A stretch of 63,647 nt of DNA, filler included, from Chrysochromulina tobinii (taxonomy: Eukaryota), in the NCBI GenBank assembly GCA_001275005.1. It is 5 parts of 5 records of this genome, joined end to end, with 100 filler letters (N's around TTAATTAATTAA, not from the genome) between each part and the next. Parts side by side here need not be neighbours in the genome. Positions count along the whole stretch, not along the records: positions 1 to 13,764 come from JWZX01001350.1; 4 more parts are not named here. One strand, written 5' to 3'. The notes under the pieces are model-generated. The model was not told the origin of the DNA. It saw nothing but the letters and a program-made list of their open reading frames with translations, and ran no database searches. The position numbers and the translations under genes are program-made. Of the stretch, positions 1 through 13,258 are shown piece by piece; position 1 is the first letter of the stretch; every line of letters begins with the position of its first letter.

Positions 1-3000
1 GCGGCAGCGGCAGCGGCAGCGGCGGCAGCGGCAGCGGCAGAAGAGGCGGCAGCGACATTGAAAATGGAATGGGCCAAGCAAGTGCTCGGGGAATCTCGGT
101 ACACAATCTCAGCTGACGTCGAGCCAACGGACGCACAAACCATCGCCCAATATGTCACAGGCTCACAGCGTGGCGCAATGGAAGCCGGCAGAACGTACTT
201 CGACGAGTCAGAGGTGCGGGCAAGAATCAGGGAGAATGGAGGAGACGACAGCAAGTACAGCCTCCACACACTCAGGCAAGCCGTAAAGGACCACGACCGA
301 CTACGTCGCGGAGAGGAATACGCCCACGACCTCCGGTGCGGAGTCACAGCCGGCACAACAACTGATGGAGCCCTACACATGCGGGACGACGAGATCATAT
401 GGCCGCGCGACGATGTGCGATTGCAGCGCCGGGAAGGCGCAAGACAGTCAGGACAATACCGTGAATGGGCAGAAGGGGCGGCCGGTACGATCACCCGCAG
501 TGCAGGAAGAGGAGACTGGACAGTCCAAGTAAATGGCATCGCGGGAAAGTACGAGATCGACGTGTCGAGAGAGGAGGTACACCTAGTCAGAAGACGAAAC
601 TACACAGCGGGTGACGTCGCCGTGTACATAGAGACAGACCAAGAGGGCCTCGAGAAGAACGACGGAACCGCCCGAGCACCAAGCGCAGTCCTGCTCCTAA
701 GACGGACACCTTGCGAAGAGAACAGGCTTGGTGCAGCGAGATGGATAGCATGCAGAGGGAGCGACGCGATGACAGTGATGGTATACGAGGAGAAACTGCA
801 ACGAATGCCGTGGCAACCACAAAATCGACGTCAATCACGACAGGCGCCAACGGACAAAGAAATACTAGTGGCGGCGGCGCAGCGAGCATATGCCATATCA
901 GGTGATTGGGAGGGCGACATAGTCGCAGCAACCAGGAATGCCGCCGGTAGCAAGGGCCTTCAGATCAACGAAGTAGAGGCCAAGGCTGCAATCGGCGAGG
1001 CTCGACGACGTTGGCAAGGGGGCAACGCCTGTGCACGCATGGCCACGCTCAATCATGGCGGGATCATCGTACGCCTACGCGAAACAACGGCGGCGATGCC
1101 GGGACAGCGCAGAATGGCGGAGACGCAGGCGAACGCCGACACCGCCACGCTCTCTTGGGAAGCGGACAACAGGCTCTGGAGAACCATGCGTACGCTAGCC
1201 GAGACAAACGACGTCGTGCTCTTACAGGAAACCCACCTACCTAAACACGACCCGAAGGGGCTGAGCAAGATAGTGCAACAGACGCTCACCAGCGGCGAGT
1301 TCTCGGGCTGGCGCATCGCCGCATCACCCGCCGACGCGGACGATAAATACGCAGGCGTCCTTATGTGGTGGAACTCCGAGACGGTTGAAATGACTGACGT
1401 CAAAGTCTTAACACCCGGAAGACTACAACGAGCACGAGCGCGCATCCTTGCGGATGGGACGGAAATGGTCATAGTAAACGCCTACGTCCCCACGAGATGC
1501 GGCGCCCCGAGCGCACAGCAAGCGGCCGTGCTGGAAAACGTACGGGCACAACTACAACTCGAGGTCGATACCGCGGACGAGGAAGGAGACGAGATCGCAA
1601 TAGGAGGGGACATACAGGCACAGACGACAGACACGCTGGAGGCGCGGAAGGACACAGGCAGCGACAACGCATACAACGCATGGCTCGATGCGTTCTGCGC
1701 GGACAACTGCCTCATGAGTATTGGAGATGAAGAGCCCACTTACAGTGCAGGGGACGGCGGGCCGCAGACGACGATAGACCACTGGATCGTCAGCACAGGG
1801 CTGGCCGACAGAGCGGCCGCCGAAGTGGGAGCTGGCGCAGACGGACTCGCGGGGATTCAAGACGGCACTCATGGGCACAACTCACTCCAGATGAGCCTCG
1901 CCTTGCGCACCGCAGATGCGGAGGGCATCGAGGAAGAATGGGAGCAGCGGGAATCACAGCTACCACCCATGGATGAATGCGAATGGGCCGCGTTCGACGG
2001 GAAGGAAGTGGAGACGGTCGCAGAGGCCGCGGAACGCGCGGACGCGACGCACCAAAAGGCGCACACCGCGGTGGGGGGCGACTCATTAGGCGACTCATTC
2101 GGCCAGGCGGCGCGCAGACTGGTGGCTATCGAAGACGCGCTCAAAAAACTGGTGACCGACATTCAGGAAATTGGCGACCGCGCAGGGCCGTCGACAAGCA
2201 GCAAAATAGTCCGCCTCCACGAGAAAATGCTCCGGTGGCGCAGGTGGCTACGAATATGCGATGGCAAGAGACAATACCCCGATACGCACCGCATGTTCCA
2301 CGACGACGACTGTGCACAAGTGCTCGGCGACGCACCGACGCGCGACGACCTGGTCCGCGCAGCCGTTAGGAACAACGCGCCAGGGGGGCCGAGGCGGATT
2401 GCACTCCGCGAGATCTGTCGCAAGCGACTGCTTCACGCCAGAGAAAAGTACGAGGGAGCAGTAACGAAAGGTGCTGTGGACACTGATCGAATACGCACCC
2501 GCCTACTCGCAGACATCAACAAGGCCGTAGAAGAAGGGCGCGACCCACGCTGGGAATGCTTCAGGGCAGTGGGCCGAGCGAAAGCGGCGTTGGCGGGCAA
2601 GCGCACAGCGCCGCGGCTGGATCAACCGGGCATGCGGGCCATTAAGCGCACGGGCGCCACCAAAGCGGAGACGGGGCAGGGAGCGGTGCTCCGGGCAATC
2701 CATGACGAAAGCGTTGTTATGCACCAGGAAAGGGGAGCCAGCGCGGCAGGCACCCTGATAATGCAAGAACACATGGCGACCGCGGGCCTGCCTGCGCCGT
2801 GGCCACATACGGTACACGAACGACGCGAGGACGCGGAAATCACAGCGGAAGAGGATGCGCGCGCCAAGGTCGCGGCCGACATGAAGGCGGCGTGGGCACA
2901 ATGGCACCACGAGACGACGACGGCAGCGGACAACGGCGGAGACCCATGGGATGCGATCTACAGCGCCGCCTACCAACCAATCGTCGAGAATCTGCGCGTG

Positions 3001-6000
3001 GAGATGAAACTGATCATGTCCGACAACAACATCGACCGAGGCTTACAACGCTTCCGAGCACGACAAGGTGTTGGGGTCGGCGGATTCTCAGGCATCTGGA
3101 TCGCTCGCGCCAGCACCGCCACGAGGACGCAATATGCGCGTACGCTGAGGGAGATAGCGGCGGACGTCCTCATCGCCGCTGATGCACTCGACAAGGCCCG
3201 TAGTCCACAGGAACGACGCGTGGCTGTGGAACTAGTACGCACGGCCGCACCGCGAGGATGGACACAATGGATAATCATGCTCCTCACCAAGCCAGGCAAA
3301 GCCCTTGACGTGCTCAGCAAGCGTCGTGACATCTGCCTCCAGCCTCACTCGCTCAAGCTATGCGCCAACGCCGTGGCGCCACACTACCAAGAGGTGCAGG
3401 AACACACGCAACCCGAGGCCAACACGGGCTTCAGACCGCGCGGCGCTGCAACAACGACGGCACTATGGCTGGGACTGACCAAGGAAGAAGCTGCCTCCGA
3501 GCGCAAGGGCTGGTTCTGTGGATTCATCGACAAGGGCGGTTTCTTTCAATCCTGCGTCCGACGGGCGCAACGGGTAGTGGAAGCACGGTACGGCGTGCCG
3601 GTCTCGGTCACCAACCTCATTATGGCCATTCACGACTCCCTCACGGTGAGGTACGACTCAGGGATGGGACTCACACATGGCACGGAGTCCAATGTGGGCA
3701 ACGGACAAGGAGACACCATCGCATCCATGCGCAGCATGATTCCACTCGCCACTGAGACGCGCGCAGTGGAATGGCTTGTCGCCGGATTCCAGTTCGTGGC
3801 TCCGAAAGGCGTATCCCGAACGCGCACTGTGCAGGGATGGTTTGCAGATGATGGTGCCCTCGTGGTCGACTCCCTTCGCGCCCTACAACAAGCCTTCACC
3901 GTCGGATCGGCGATGGCGCGTGTACTGGGCTTCACAGTCGGGATTGACGCGGACAACAAGGGTGTACCCACTGGCGACAAAACAGGATGGATGGGATGCG
4001 AATGGAGGGATGGCGCATGGACAGAGATGGGGGACGACGTCACCATCAGACTCGTCGATGGCAGGGCTGTGCCGCGCGTCAAGGAGTTTTACAAGCACTT
4101 AGGAATTCGGCAGCCACCCAAAGCGGACTGGACAATCGCGCGGAAGATTGTGACAAACCGCTGCGGCGGCATCGCGAGCGCACTCTCACGCCTGGGAATC
4201 CTATCGGCCGAAGAATATGTGGAAACGGTGGACGCAGCGACCACCACGGTCGTCGCATACTATGGTGCCACGTTCCCGATCGGCAGGCAAGCATGCGAGA
4301 TGATCGATGTTGCAAAACGACGTGGACTCGCGAGACTGGGCCACGCAGGCGAGCGCACGTCGAGATGGCTCGCGCATGCGCCGCGGCCGCGCGGTCTCGG
4401 CATGGCGATGACCTGGCCCCACGCGGCCGCGGCACTCGTAGTGGAGGTGGATCGAGCACTGAACATGCCCGAAACTGCGCCGGCGCACGTGGCCACCGCG
4501 AGCAGAATAGCTAAAGAATTCTGGAGATGGGGATGGCGACCAAACAAAGGTGCGCACGTGCCGCTCGCGTGGAACCCGACATGGATGCGAGAATCGCTCA
4601 CAGAGGAAGGCATTATCGAGGCGTGGCAGTTCTACCTACAGATCGCCGAAGTCCAAACGCGGACGAGCGACAAAGGCAGTGGAGCCGCGGATGCACTGGC
4701 GGACGGGTACCGCATGCCCGCAGATCCGGAGGGAGCGGATGCACCAGTCTGGGAAAGGGAGGGACGCATGTACGGCAGACGGCTGGCCAGACTTGGCGGC
4801 ACACTACGCAAGCACTTCCTTGCCGACAACGGCGGGTGGCGCAGTGAGAAGGAACTCGGTGAATATCTTGGGCGCGGCGGACGCATCGTCGGCGGACATA
4901 GGATCGGAGCGAAGCTGACGACAGCGGAAGCCCGGGAATATCAAACACTGCTACGACAATTCCAACCTGACGAGCACGCGTGGGCAGCCACGCAACACCC
5001 AGGCCCGCGCGAACGCCCAGCAGAAGTACGCGCCGTTGACGTCATATGCGCGGGAAACGGGGCTGCCGACAGCGCGGAGTACCTCATCGAATTTAGCGAC
5101 GGAACGACGAGATGGGGGCGGCGACCGAAAGCTATGGCTCCGGGAGTGATGGACAAGCTGCGCGACGCACGAGAGAACTACCTGGAGGAAGGGGAACGCA
5201 CCATCGAGCAATTTGCTGAGGACCTACTCGAGGGCACGGAAGCATGGTGGCTCGCCACCAGGGCACCGTTGGCAGTCGGAGCACGCGCCCCACAAGACAT
5301 CTCCGCAGAGGCGGCCAGGGAAATCGGAAAAGGATGGTGGCGACCAGGAAAGGCGAGCATGTCCGCACAAGAGCGACTGGGACCCGGGGCCAACATGATC
5401 CAAGGCGCGCGACGTGCAGCAGACGAAGCCAAGGCGGATGCCACCCGGGCGGACGCGGCGATGACGGACGGCACAACAACACCGAGCGAGCAAGCTACCC
5501 TCGCGGAGGCGGCGGAAACGGCTTGGGCGTGGGCGGCTGCCATGGAGGATGTCGCGGCATACCTTGAAGCGCCGCCAGATGAACGGGAAGAACGGAAGCC
5601 GCCGATGGACAGAGCGTACGCCGAATATATTGCAGCCGCAGCACGGGCGGCTACCGGCAATTACGCGGAGGCAGTCGTCGCCTGGGCGCGGGCACTGCCG
5701 GAGCACGGACTCGCGGCCAGAGAAAACGCCGAAGGAGCCAACGCGGCGACGGAAGCGGACGCGAGAGCCCCGGCCAAGCGATTCCGACCCAGCGCGCGGC
5801 CGGAATGCTTCATGGGCACCTTAATGCCCGCAGACGACAACGGCAAGCGGCACATGCGACCGTCTCTCGAGCTCACCGAGGCGCAGCGCAGAGCCGCGGC
5901 AACGCTACCGCCCGACATGCCGGTACCCGACGAGCGCGACATGCGAAGAGACCCAAGAGTAGCTTGGAAGGACGACTGGCACATGTGGAACGACACGCCA

Positions 6001-9000
6001 CGACGTCTCGGATGGAAGCTCTCGGAAGAGCAACTCGAACAGGTGCACAGACAAAGGCTCGCCGCCCTAGAACGCCGGGCGGCGGCCCGCCCAACGCGTC
6101 AGCACAGCGGTACAAGCACGATCGCAGGCGCGCACGCAGCCGAAACAGCAAACACAGAGGGCGCTTCAGGCCAAGCCCACGGCACCAACCGCGCACGCCA
6201 ACAGTTGACAGAAGCAATGGCCGCGGAAGCACGCGCAGACGAGGCGGCGTGTGCACATGAGCCATGGCCGAGTGAATGGGGCGTAGAGGAACTGGAGCGG
6301 GCTGAGCGTGAAGCCGCGGGGGCAATGAGCGATGAGGACGTGGAGATGCGGATTGCCGCGGATCACATGGAGGCTTACGACGAGGCGGAGAGGATGACGC
6401 ACGCGTACCTATGCGATGACACGGAACAAGACGCTGCGCAGCACGAGCTCGGGCACGCGAGGAGCCAAACTGCAACAATGCGACGACACGTGGCAGGGCA
6501 GCACACACTCGCATGTGAACGCAGGCTACAACTCGTGACGAGCGAGTCGCTACGGCACACCGCAGCTCTCACGAAGGCGACGGCAGAGGCGGAACACGAA
6601 TGGCAACGAATGTGCGCTGAAGCTCTTGAAGCGAGACGCATAGCGGACGAACGAGCCAGCCAATGGAACGACGTCAGATTGTCGGTGATGGACATTTATC
6701 GCGACTCCAGCGCCAAGGACACCGAGCGCAACAAGGCAGCGCGGCGCGTCACACAAGCGCGAGACGCGGAGAATGCAACACGAGAGGCGGGTGCTGCACA
6801 AATCAGAGGGGCGGAAAAGCGCCTGCGCCAGACGCGAGCGGAACTGGCGCGGATGAAACGAGCATGCGACGAGGCGGCGCTCGTCACGGACGCGGAACGC
6901 GAGGCCCTCGAGAGCGAGGAACGGGAGGAAGAACAAGAGCGCGAGGCCTCCCGACTGCGAGCAGTCGAGCATGCAACCCGACAGGAGGCGGCGAGAGCAA
7001 CGCGCCTACGGGAGATGGCGGCAGCGGAAAAACTGCAGATAGCGCGAGAGGCAACCACAGAAGCACTGCGCACGCTCGACGGGTCCGATGAACGCGCGAG
7101 ACGGAAGGCACGAGCGACGGCGGAGCACGCAGCGGAGGAGGAGAAATATGCGCACGTGGAGTATTGGGATGCTCTCACGACTGAACAACGCGCCGCCATC
7201 CTCGCCAGCCCAACGCTGCGACTATGCGCGCGACATAGGGACATGGAGCAGAGCACGGCGGCGCGAGCGACGGACCGCCACTACGGCGGAGTCGATATCA
7301 GCATGGAGCCCAAGGAGCGCCGGAACATCGACACGACGGAAACCAAACATGCCGCCGCCGTCGGGCTTGCCATCGAACAACGGTACGGCATTCAGTTTGC
7401 GTACGCAGTGGACGGCAGCAAAGATGACGTGGAAGCGTGGGGCGACGGCGCAACGGGCGAACGAGCAGCGGCATGGGGCGCCTGGGACGGCACCACCGCG
7501 TACGGGGGCGCGCTACCGCCGGGCACGGGCAATCAGGAAGCGGAGCTATTCGCAGTAGAGAGGATCCTCGCGCGGCACACGCGAGGCGATCGGGTGCTCA
7601 TCATGTGCGACTGCCAGGCGGCGCTCGCGATGGCCGAAAGCACGTGGCAAAGCGGACGAATAGGGACGGGCAGCCCTGCAGACGGGAGAACAGGCGGGCT
7701 GCTGATTGAGGCAATCACAAGACACCGGCTCCGGATCACGAGCAGGATCGACGACAGCAAGCCAAGGGGATGCGTATGCTTCGTGTGGATCAAAGCACAC
7801 GGCGGCGGCGTCGCGCCAAACGCGTACGCAGACGCGATCGCAAAATCATACCTAACGGCCGACGTGGACTACGCCACGGTAGACGCGCCATACCTGGCAC
7901 TGCCAAGGGTGTGCCTATACGTAGCTCAACCAACGCCGCATGAAGGCACGTGGGAGGTTGGAAGCCAGCAGTACACCTGCATCGCGGCAGACCGATCACT
8001 AAGAAGCCTCATCGTCGACGGCATGACACGCCAAATTCTAGCGCACCTGCCGAGACAGTCGCACGGGCACTGCGACGCGCGGGTGGCCACGGAGGTGACA
8101 CACACGCAAGGACGACCGGCGGGCGCGACACCGGGTGCGATGCCCAGACACGGCGTCACGGAGCCGACAACGACCGGCAGCGCCCTACGGCTGCGATCGA
8201 ACGACCTCCGACAGCAAGGGATGATTTGCCCGCTTTGCCACGCACAGGGTCCGCTCGAGGGCGACCACATCTTGCAATGTGAGGGCATACCGAAGGCGAA
8301 ACGAGATGAGGCGGTGGCAAAGATGACCTCGGCGCTAGAAGCGGCTGCGAACGCACTGCCCTCGGGGCAGCGCGACGCACCCGCCGACAACACGAGGAAG
8401 GCATGGACGGAAGCCGCGCGCCGCGCAGGACAACACGGAGCGGCCGCCGCCCTCGGACCGGCTCCGACCGAAATCGGGACACGCACGCCAGCTCACGCCC
8501 GCGAGTGGGCGAGGTCAGGGTGGAAGACCAAGGACGATGTGTATGAACTCAGTATGCGCGAAGACGCAGCGAACATCGACAAGAGGCTTGCAGCGTGGTG
8601 CGCCGTGGCGATATGCAGCGCGCACGCAGCCGCCGTCAGCGCAGCAAGCGCAGGTGACGCCACCGACGAGGTAGCCCAGGCATGCGACGAGGCCGTGCGG
8701 AAACTTCAGGACGGCCCCTTGGGATCAGCGAGCCGAGCAGCGGGCGACGCGACCGTGGATGGGGTAACAGGCACGCCATACATCCCACAGCGAGGTGCGG
8801 ACGAAGGCCACATCAGCGCGATCCGAATGCGCTTCTCACAGCTCCAGCGCCACACCCAACTCGCACACGTGCACGAGTGGACAGGCCGACGAGCATGGCT
8901 GCCGTCTGAACGCAGGAAATCCGAGACGGCGACGTGGACGGCACACACCCACCGCGGATTCCGTGAGGGCGGAGGGGCCGCAGGGCGAAAGGAGGCACAC

Positions 9001-11188
9001 GCTGTTGCCGTGGATGCCCACGAGACGGTATACTCTATCGCGGCGACGGCAAGATGGCCGTGGCTGGTGGAGTACGAACTCGACGCCTTCGACGCGACAC
9101 GGACGGACGGGACGAAAGGACAACGAACGTCGGTCACCGTTCAGCTCGGGTACTCGGATGGCGAAATGACAGCACGAGTCCGCGCGAGACACGTACAAGC
9201 AGATGGGCAGCGGTACAGGAGCGACGACACAGCTATCAGCGCAGAGATGGAGCTCATAGGCGACCACGAGGGGCGTGGATTACGCGCATTGTTTTGGGAC
9301 ATCGCAATGGGGACTCACGACGCGACCCATGGCGCTCAGGCGACTGTACGGAGAGCGACAGCTGCCGCCACCACAAGGTGCCAAGGGGATCCGAGCGGGG
9401 AAGGCTGGAACACTCTGCGGCGCACATTAGGCGGAGAGATACCACCCCCAACCCCGTACGAGAGATCCGAGACACAAAGCCTGCAACGGGTAGCGTGCGA
9501 AGCCGCCGCGGCGGCGGCCGAAGCACGCACCAGGGCCATGCACGAAGAGGCCACAAGAGACGGCAACACCGTGACGGCGGCGCGAGCGAGCGAATCTGCC
9601 GAACAACTCCGCGCGGCCGCCGAACTCCTCGGCGTCAACATCGACGCCACGGCACAGCTGATACGGCAAGCGTTCCTGCGAGAAGCACTCAACACGCACC
9701 CGGACAGAGGAGGCACTGACGCGGCCTTCACGTCGCTGCAAGATGCACACCAGAGCCTCACACGCATCACCGACGAATCACGCCAGCGCGCTGCCAAGGA
9801 AATACGCGACGCTCGGGAGGCAGCGTCAAAGGCCCGGCGCCACTCGGCGGAAGCGGCCGAACACACATCTGCACTCCGTCTAAAAGATGAGATCGCGAGG
9901 GCGAAAGCGGCAGCGGAGCGCGAGGCAAAGGCGGCGTGGACTCCAGTGAGTCGAACTGTTGCGCTCCATCTCCAAGCGGCCAATCAGGGGTACATGAACT
10001 TATGGATGCAGTACCAACGAAAAGTGACGCGGGAACTGAACACGCAAGCGCAGGGCGTGCAGGGAGCCACCTACACAACGCACGCCGAGCGCGTCGCCGC
10101 AGAGACGGTGCAACGCAAAGCAACGCAACGCCACGCGAGGGAGCTTGCGAGACAGACGGCGGTAGCGGACATGCGAAGCGCGGAGCTACGCGCAGCCAGC
10201 GCTCGCAGAATAGAAGCGGTGGCGACGGCCGACCAGTTGAGACGTCGCGGCGCGGAGGCGCTGACTAAAGCCGCGCTCGACGACGGCGATGCTATCACAC
10301 AAGGGTACCGCGCAAAGGTACCGTGGGCAATGTGGGGCAAGCGACACGCCGACAGCGACCAATATGTGTACTACGACATCACGGAGTTCGACACGACATG
10401 GGTCACGCTGGTACGAACCGCCGCAAGCGACGCGGAAAGAAGGACGCCGATCGCGACCGCGGGATGGAATCGCTTCCAACTCAACTGGGAGGAATTTACC
10501 GGCGTCAAGCGATACGGAACGGCACAGCGCGGCGTTGAGATCGTGCCCAAAGGGGCGACAGGCATGTCCTCGGAGGAGGACGAGGAAATAGACGAAGAGG
10601 AACGCCAACACGAACGACACGAAGAGCGACGAGCGATGAAACGCGCGGCCGAGATTGCCCGCGCCGCCAACCGCGACGCCGCGCGAGTGCTACGGGAGGA
10701 GGAACGACAGCGACTGCCGCACACGGCAGCGGATGACGCCCTACGCCAGGAAGAGGGCAAGGGCGCGGCAGCGGCAGAGGGCACGGACGACAGCGACGCC
10801 GACCGTCGAGAGGAAGCCCTCGGCGCCGAGCAGGACAGGACGGGGCCCCCCACCTGGGGACCGAGGGCGCCAAACGCACGCCGACGAGGAGCGTGGAGCG
10901 GCAAGAACTGGGCCAGGGAGGCATGGACGGGGCCGATCGCGGCGATGGAATACGCGGAGGCGTGGCGGGAGGGTCCCCTCCCACGGCCGCCAAAGTCGGC
11001 GGCGGCACACTCGGCACAACGGGCGGCGCAGCGGCGATCCCACAGTGCCAACGCCGAAGGCCACGCACACGCGACGGCGACCGCAGCACGAGAGACAGCA
11101 CGGAGGACGAGCAGTCTGTGGGGCGCCGCGGCCGACGCAAAGGAGGCCAAGGTACGACAAGGCGCCACAGAAGAGCTGAAGGACAGCT
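1..11188 (+). CDS. Retrotransposon polyprotein, main part up to the left inversion breakpoint
   Basis: APE ~1039-1900 (TLNHGG, LLQETH, NAYVP, GGDIQ, TIDHWIVS, GHNSL). RT ~3050-4300 (LTKPGK, RRDICL, NTGFRP, FIDKGGFF, GNGQGD, WFADDG at 3838, YKHLGI). RNase H ~7396-7850 (VDGS, EAEL, CDCQ, WIKAH, NAYAD). CPLC-x9-H-x3-C 8227-8280. J-domain ~9613-9762 with HPD at 9697-9705. Confidence 0.9.
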
Positions 11189-11899
11189 CGTATCGAGCTG
11201 CGATCTCTTGGACGTTGGCATGTGTGAGTTCGTTTCGTATCAACTCCGCATATGCTGTGCACGCTGCTTCCCTCTCATGGTCGTCACTTGGGTCGATGGG
11301 GAACGGGTTGCCGAGAGGCGTCCCGCGGTCCACTCTCCTGTCCTCTGTGTTCTCGGGTCGCCATGGCGCCGTCCGGCCGTTTGCTTGCAAGTTGCCAACG
11401 TGGATGGTGGTGTGGGGCAGGGGTTGTGGTACGCGTTCCCGAGCCGCTGATCCATCTGTCGACGGCGGCTCGTTCACGTCCTCCGTCCTTCCGCGCACTT
11501 GTTGCGCCGCCATGGGCGCATCACGCATTGGCTCGTCTCTCGCTGTGATCGGTATGCATGGTAGGCATTCGAGCACGGTGGTCATCAGCCGCTCAACTTC
11601 TTCGAGCTCGTGGTTCCTGAATGTTGAGGATGCCGATTCCCCCCGGATGAGCTGGAGCACTTGCCTCGCCCTCTCCTCATCGTTGCCGCCCGTGAGCCCT
11701 TGGAGGGCCCCTGTCGCGGTCATCATCTGTGCCGTATCCACTAAGGCCCGCTTGCGGGCCGCCGCCGCGACCTTGTCTGTTGCGGGTCTTTTTCTCTGGA
11801 GCGCGTCCGCCGCCTCAGAGGCGACGCGTGCTGCATCTTGTGCATAGGTTAAATGTATCCCTTGCAGTGGTAGTTCTATCGCTTCCCTTGTTTGCCAGC
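11186..11899 (-). CDS. Inverted internal segment of the same polyprotein, ending in the N-terminal half of a DUF4326-like domain
   Basis: Minus-strand frame reads WQTREAIELP...TIHVGN...RVDRGTPLGNPF...EREAACTAYAELI...NVQEIAARYE. Base-composition skew flips over this interval. Confidence 0.8.
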
Positions 11900-12493
11900 G
11901 CCGCACCATTCGCGTCGACCAACGGCACGCGCTACCAACGGCAACACAGGCGCTGCGTCACGCACTCCACCGACTCGAACAAGACGTAATGGAACTGCAA
12001 CCTGGACGATCAATCCGCCTCATGTGCCACTGCACCCCCAAACAGTGCCACGCCCATGTCATCGCTCACGAAATTCGATACCGGCTCCGAACACGCGGCA
12101 TCAACATTGAAGTAGACGACGGAGGCTGGGAAAGGCCAGAGGAGCGCGGGGACGCAGGCTCAAACGCGGGCAAAGAAGATGAGGGCGCGGACGCAAGCAT
12201 GGATGAAGAAGCCAGCCGCGCCACGGCGCAACGAGCCGACCCAAGGGCACCGAGCCACGCCCCCGCAGACATGATGAACGCCTCACCGACGCTCGCCGAG
12301 TGCTGGATCGACGAAAACAAGGAGCGCAACGAAAGAGCTTACGAGGAATTCATGATACAGATGGCGACGGAGGCAGCAGCGACGGCGGTCGAGGCGACAA
12401 CGGCGACGGCGTTATCGGCGAAGGCGGTGACGGAAGAGGCGAGTCGGAGAAAAAGTACGACGGCGACGAGGAGGAAGAGGGCGGCGGTGGCGA

Positions 12494-12525
<32 letters not shown>

Positions 12526-13254
12526 AGAGCGACGGCGGCTACAGAAACGGGGATGGCGACAACGGAGGCGGCGACGAGGGCATCGGTAACGGCGGCAGCG
12601 GCGGCAACGGCGACGGGAGATGCGGTGACGGGGGCGGCGGCGACGGCGGCAGTGGCGACGGCAACGGGGGAGGCGACGGCAAAGGCGGTGACGGCGGAAG
12701 CGGCGATGACGGCAGCGGCGGAAGGGGGGGACATCGATAGAAGGGATACGGACAACAGCGGCGTGACAGCGAGAGATGCAAGCGAAAAGAACATGGAGAC
12801 GGCAGCGGCGGGGGCGACGACGGCGACGGCGGCAGCGACGACGACGGGAATAGCGACGACGGAGGCGACAACGGGGGCAGCGGCGACGGCGACGACGGCG
12901 GCGATGGCACCGGGGGCGGCGGAAACGGGAGCGGGGGTGACGGCGGAGAGGGCATTGGTGACGGGGGAAGCGACGGCGGTGGCGGTCGGAGGGGGCATCG
13001 AGAGGAAGGAAACGGACAACAGCGGCGTGACAAAGGGAGATGCAAGCTCAGCAAACATGGAGACGGCGGACTCAGAAAGGAACGAAAGCGACGAAGATAA
13101 GACGAGAGACGAAGAAGACGGCAGGGCAGACGGCACCGGGCGAAAAAAGCGCAACCGAGGCAGGCGACTGAACAGTGGACAACGGCAAGTGAGGGCAGAT
13201 CGACGGTCGGCGACAGACGAGGCGCGCGGGAGCCGAGCGGGACAGAGCGAGTGA
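11899..13254 (+). CDS. C-terminal part of the polyprotein: DUF4326-like C-half, Ala/Thr-rich low-complexity tail and basic C-terminus
   Basis: Open from the right breakpoint: RRTIRVDQRH...IRLMCHCTPKQCHAHVIAHEI. Stop TGA at 13252-13254. Confidence 0.8.
12724..13067 (+). repeat. Internal ~80-bp coding duplication in the element tail
   Basis: GGDIDRRDTDNSGVTARDASEKNMETA (~12724-12803) vs GGIERKETDNSGVTKGDASSANMETA (~12991-13067). Confidence 0.8.
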
Positions 13255-13258
13255 GGAA

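Noticed and set aside
10371..11185. C-terminal part of the 512-aa minus ORF
   Set aside because: Antisense shadow of the polyprotein beyond the inversion breakpoint.
11189..11847. Last ~220 aa of the 3929-aa ORF as genuine protein
   Set aside because: It is the antisense reading of the inverted segment. Composition and DUF4326 motifs favour the minus frame.
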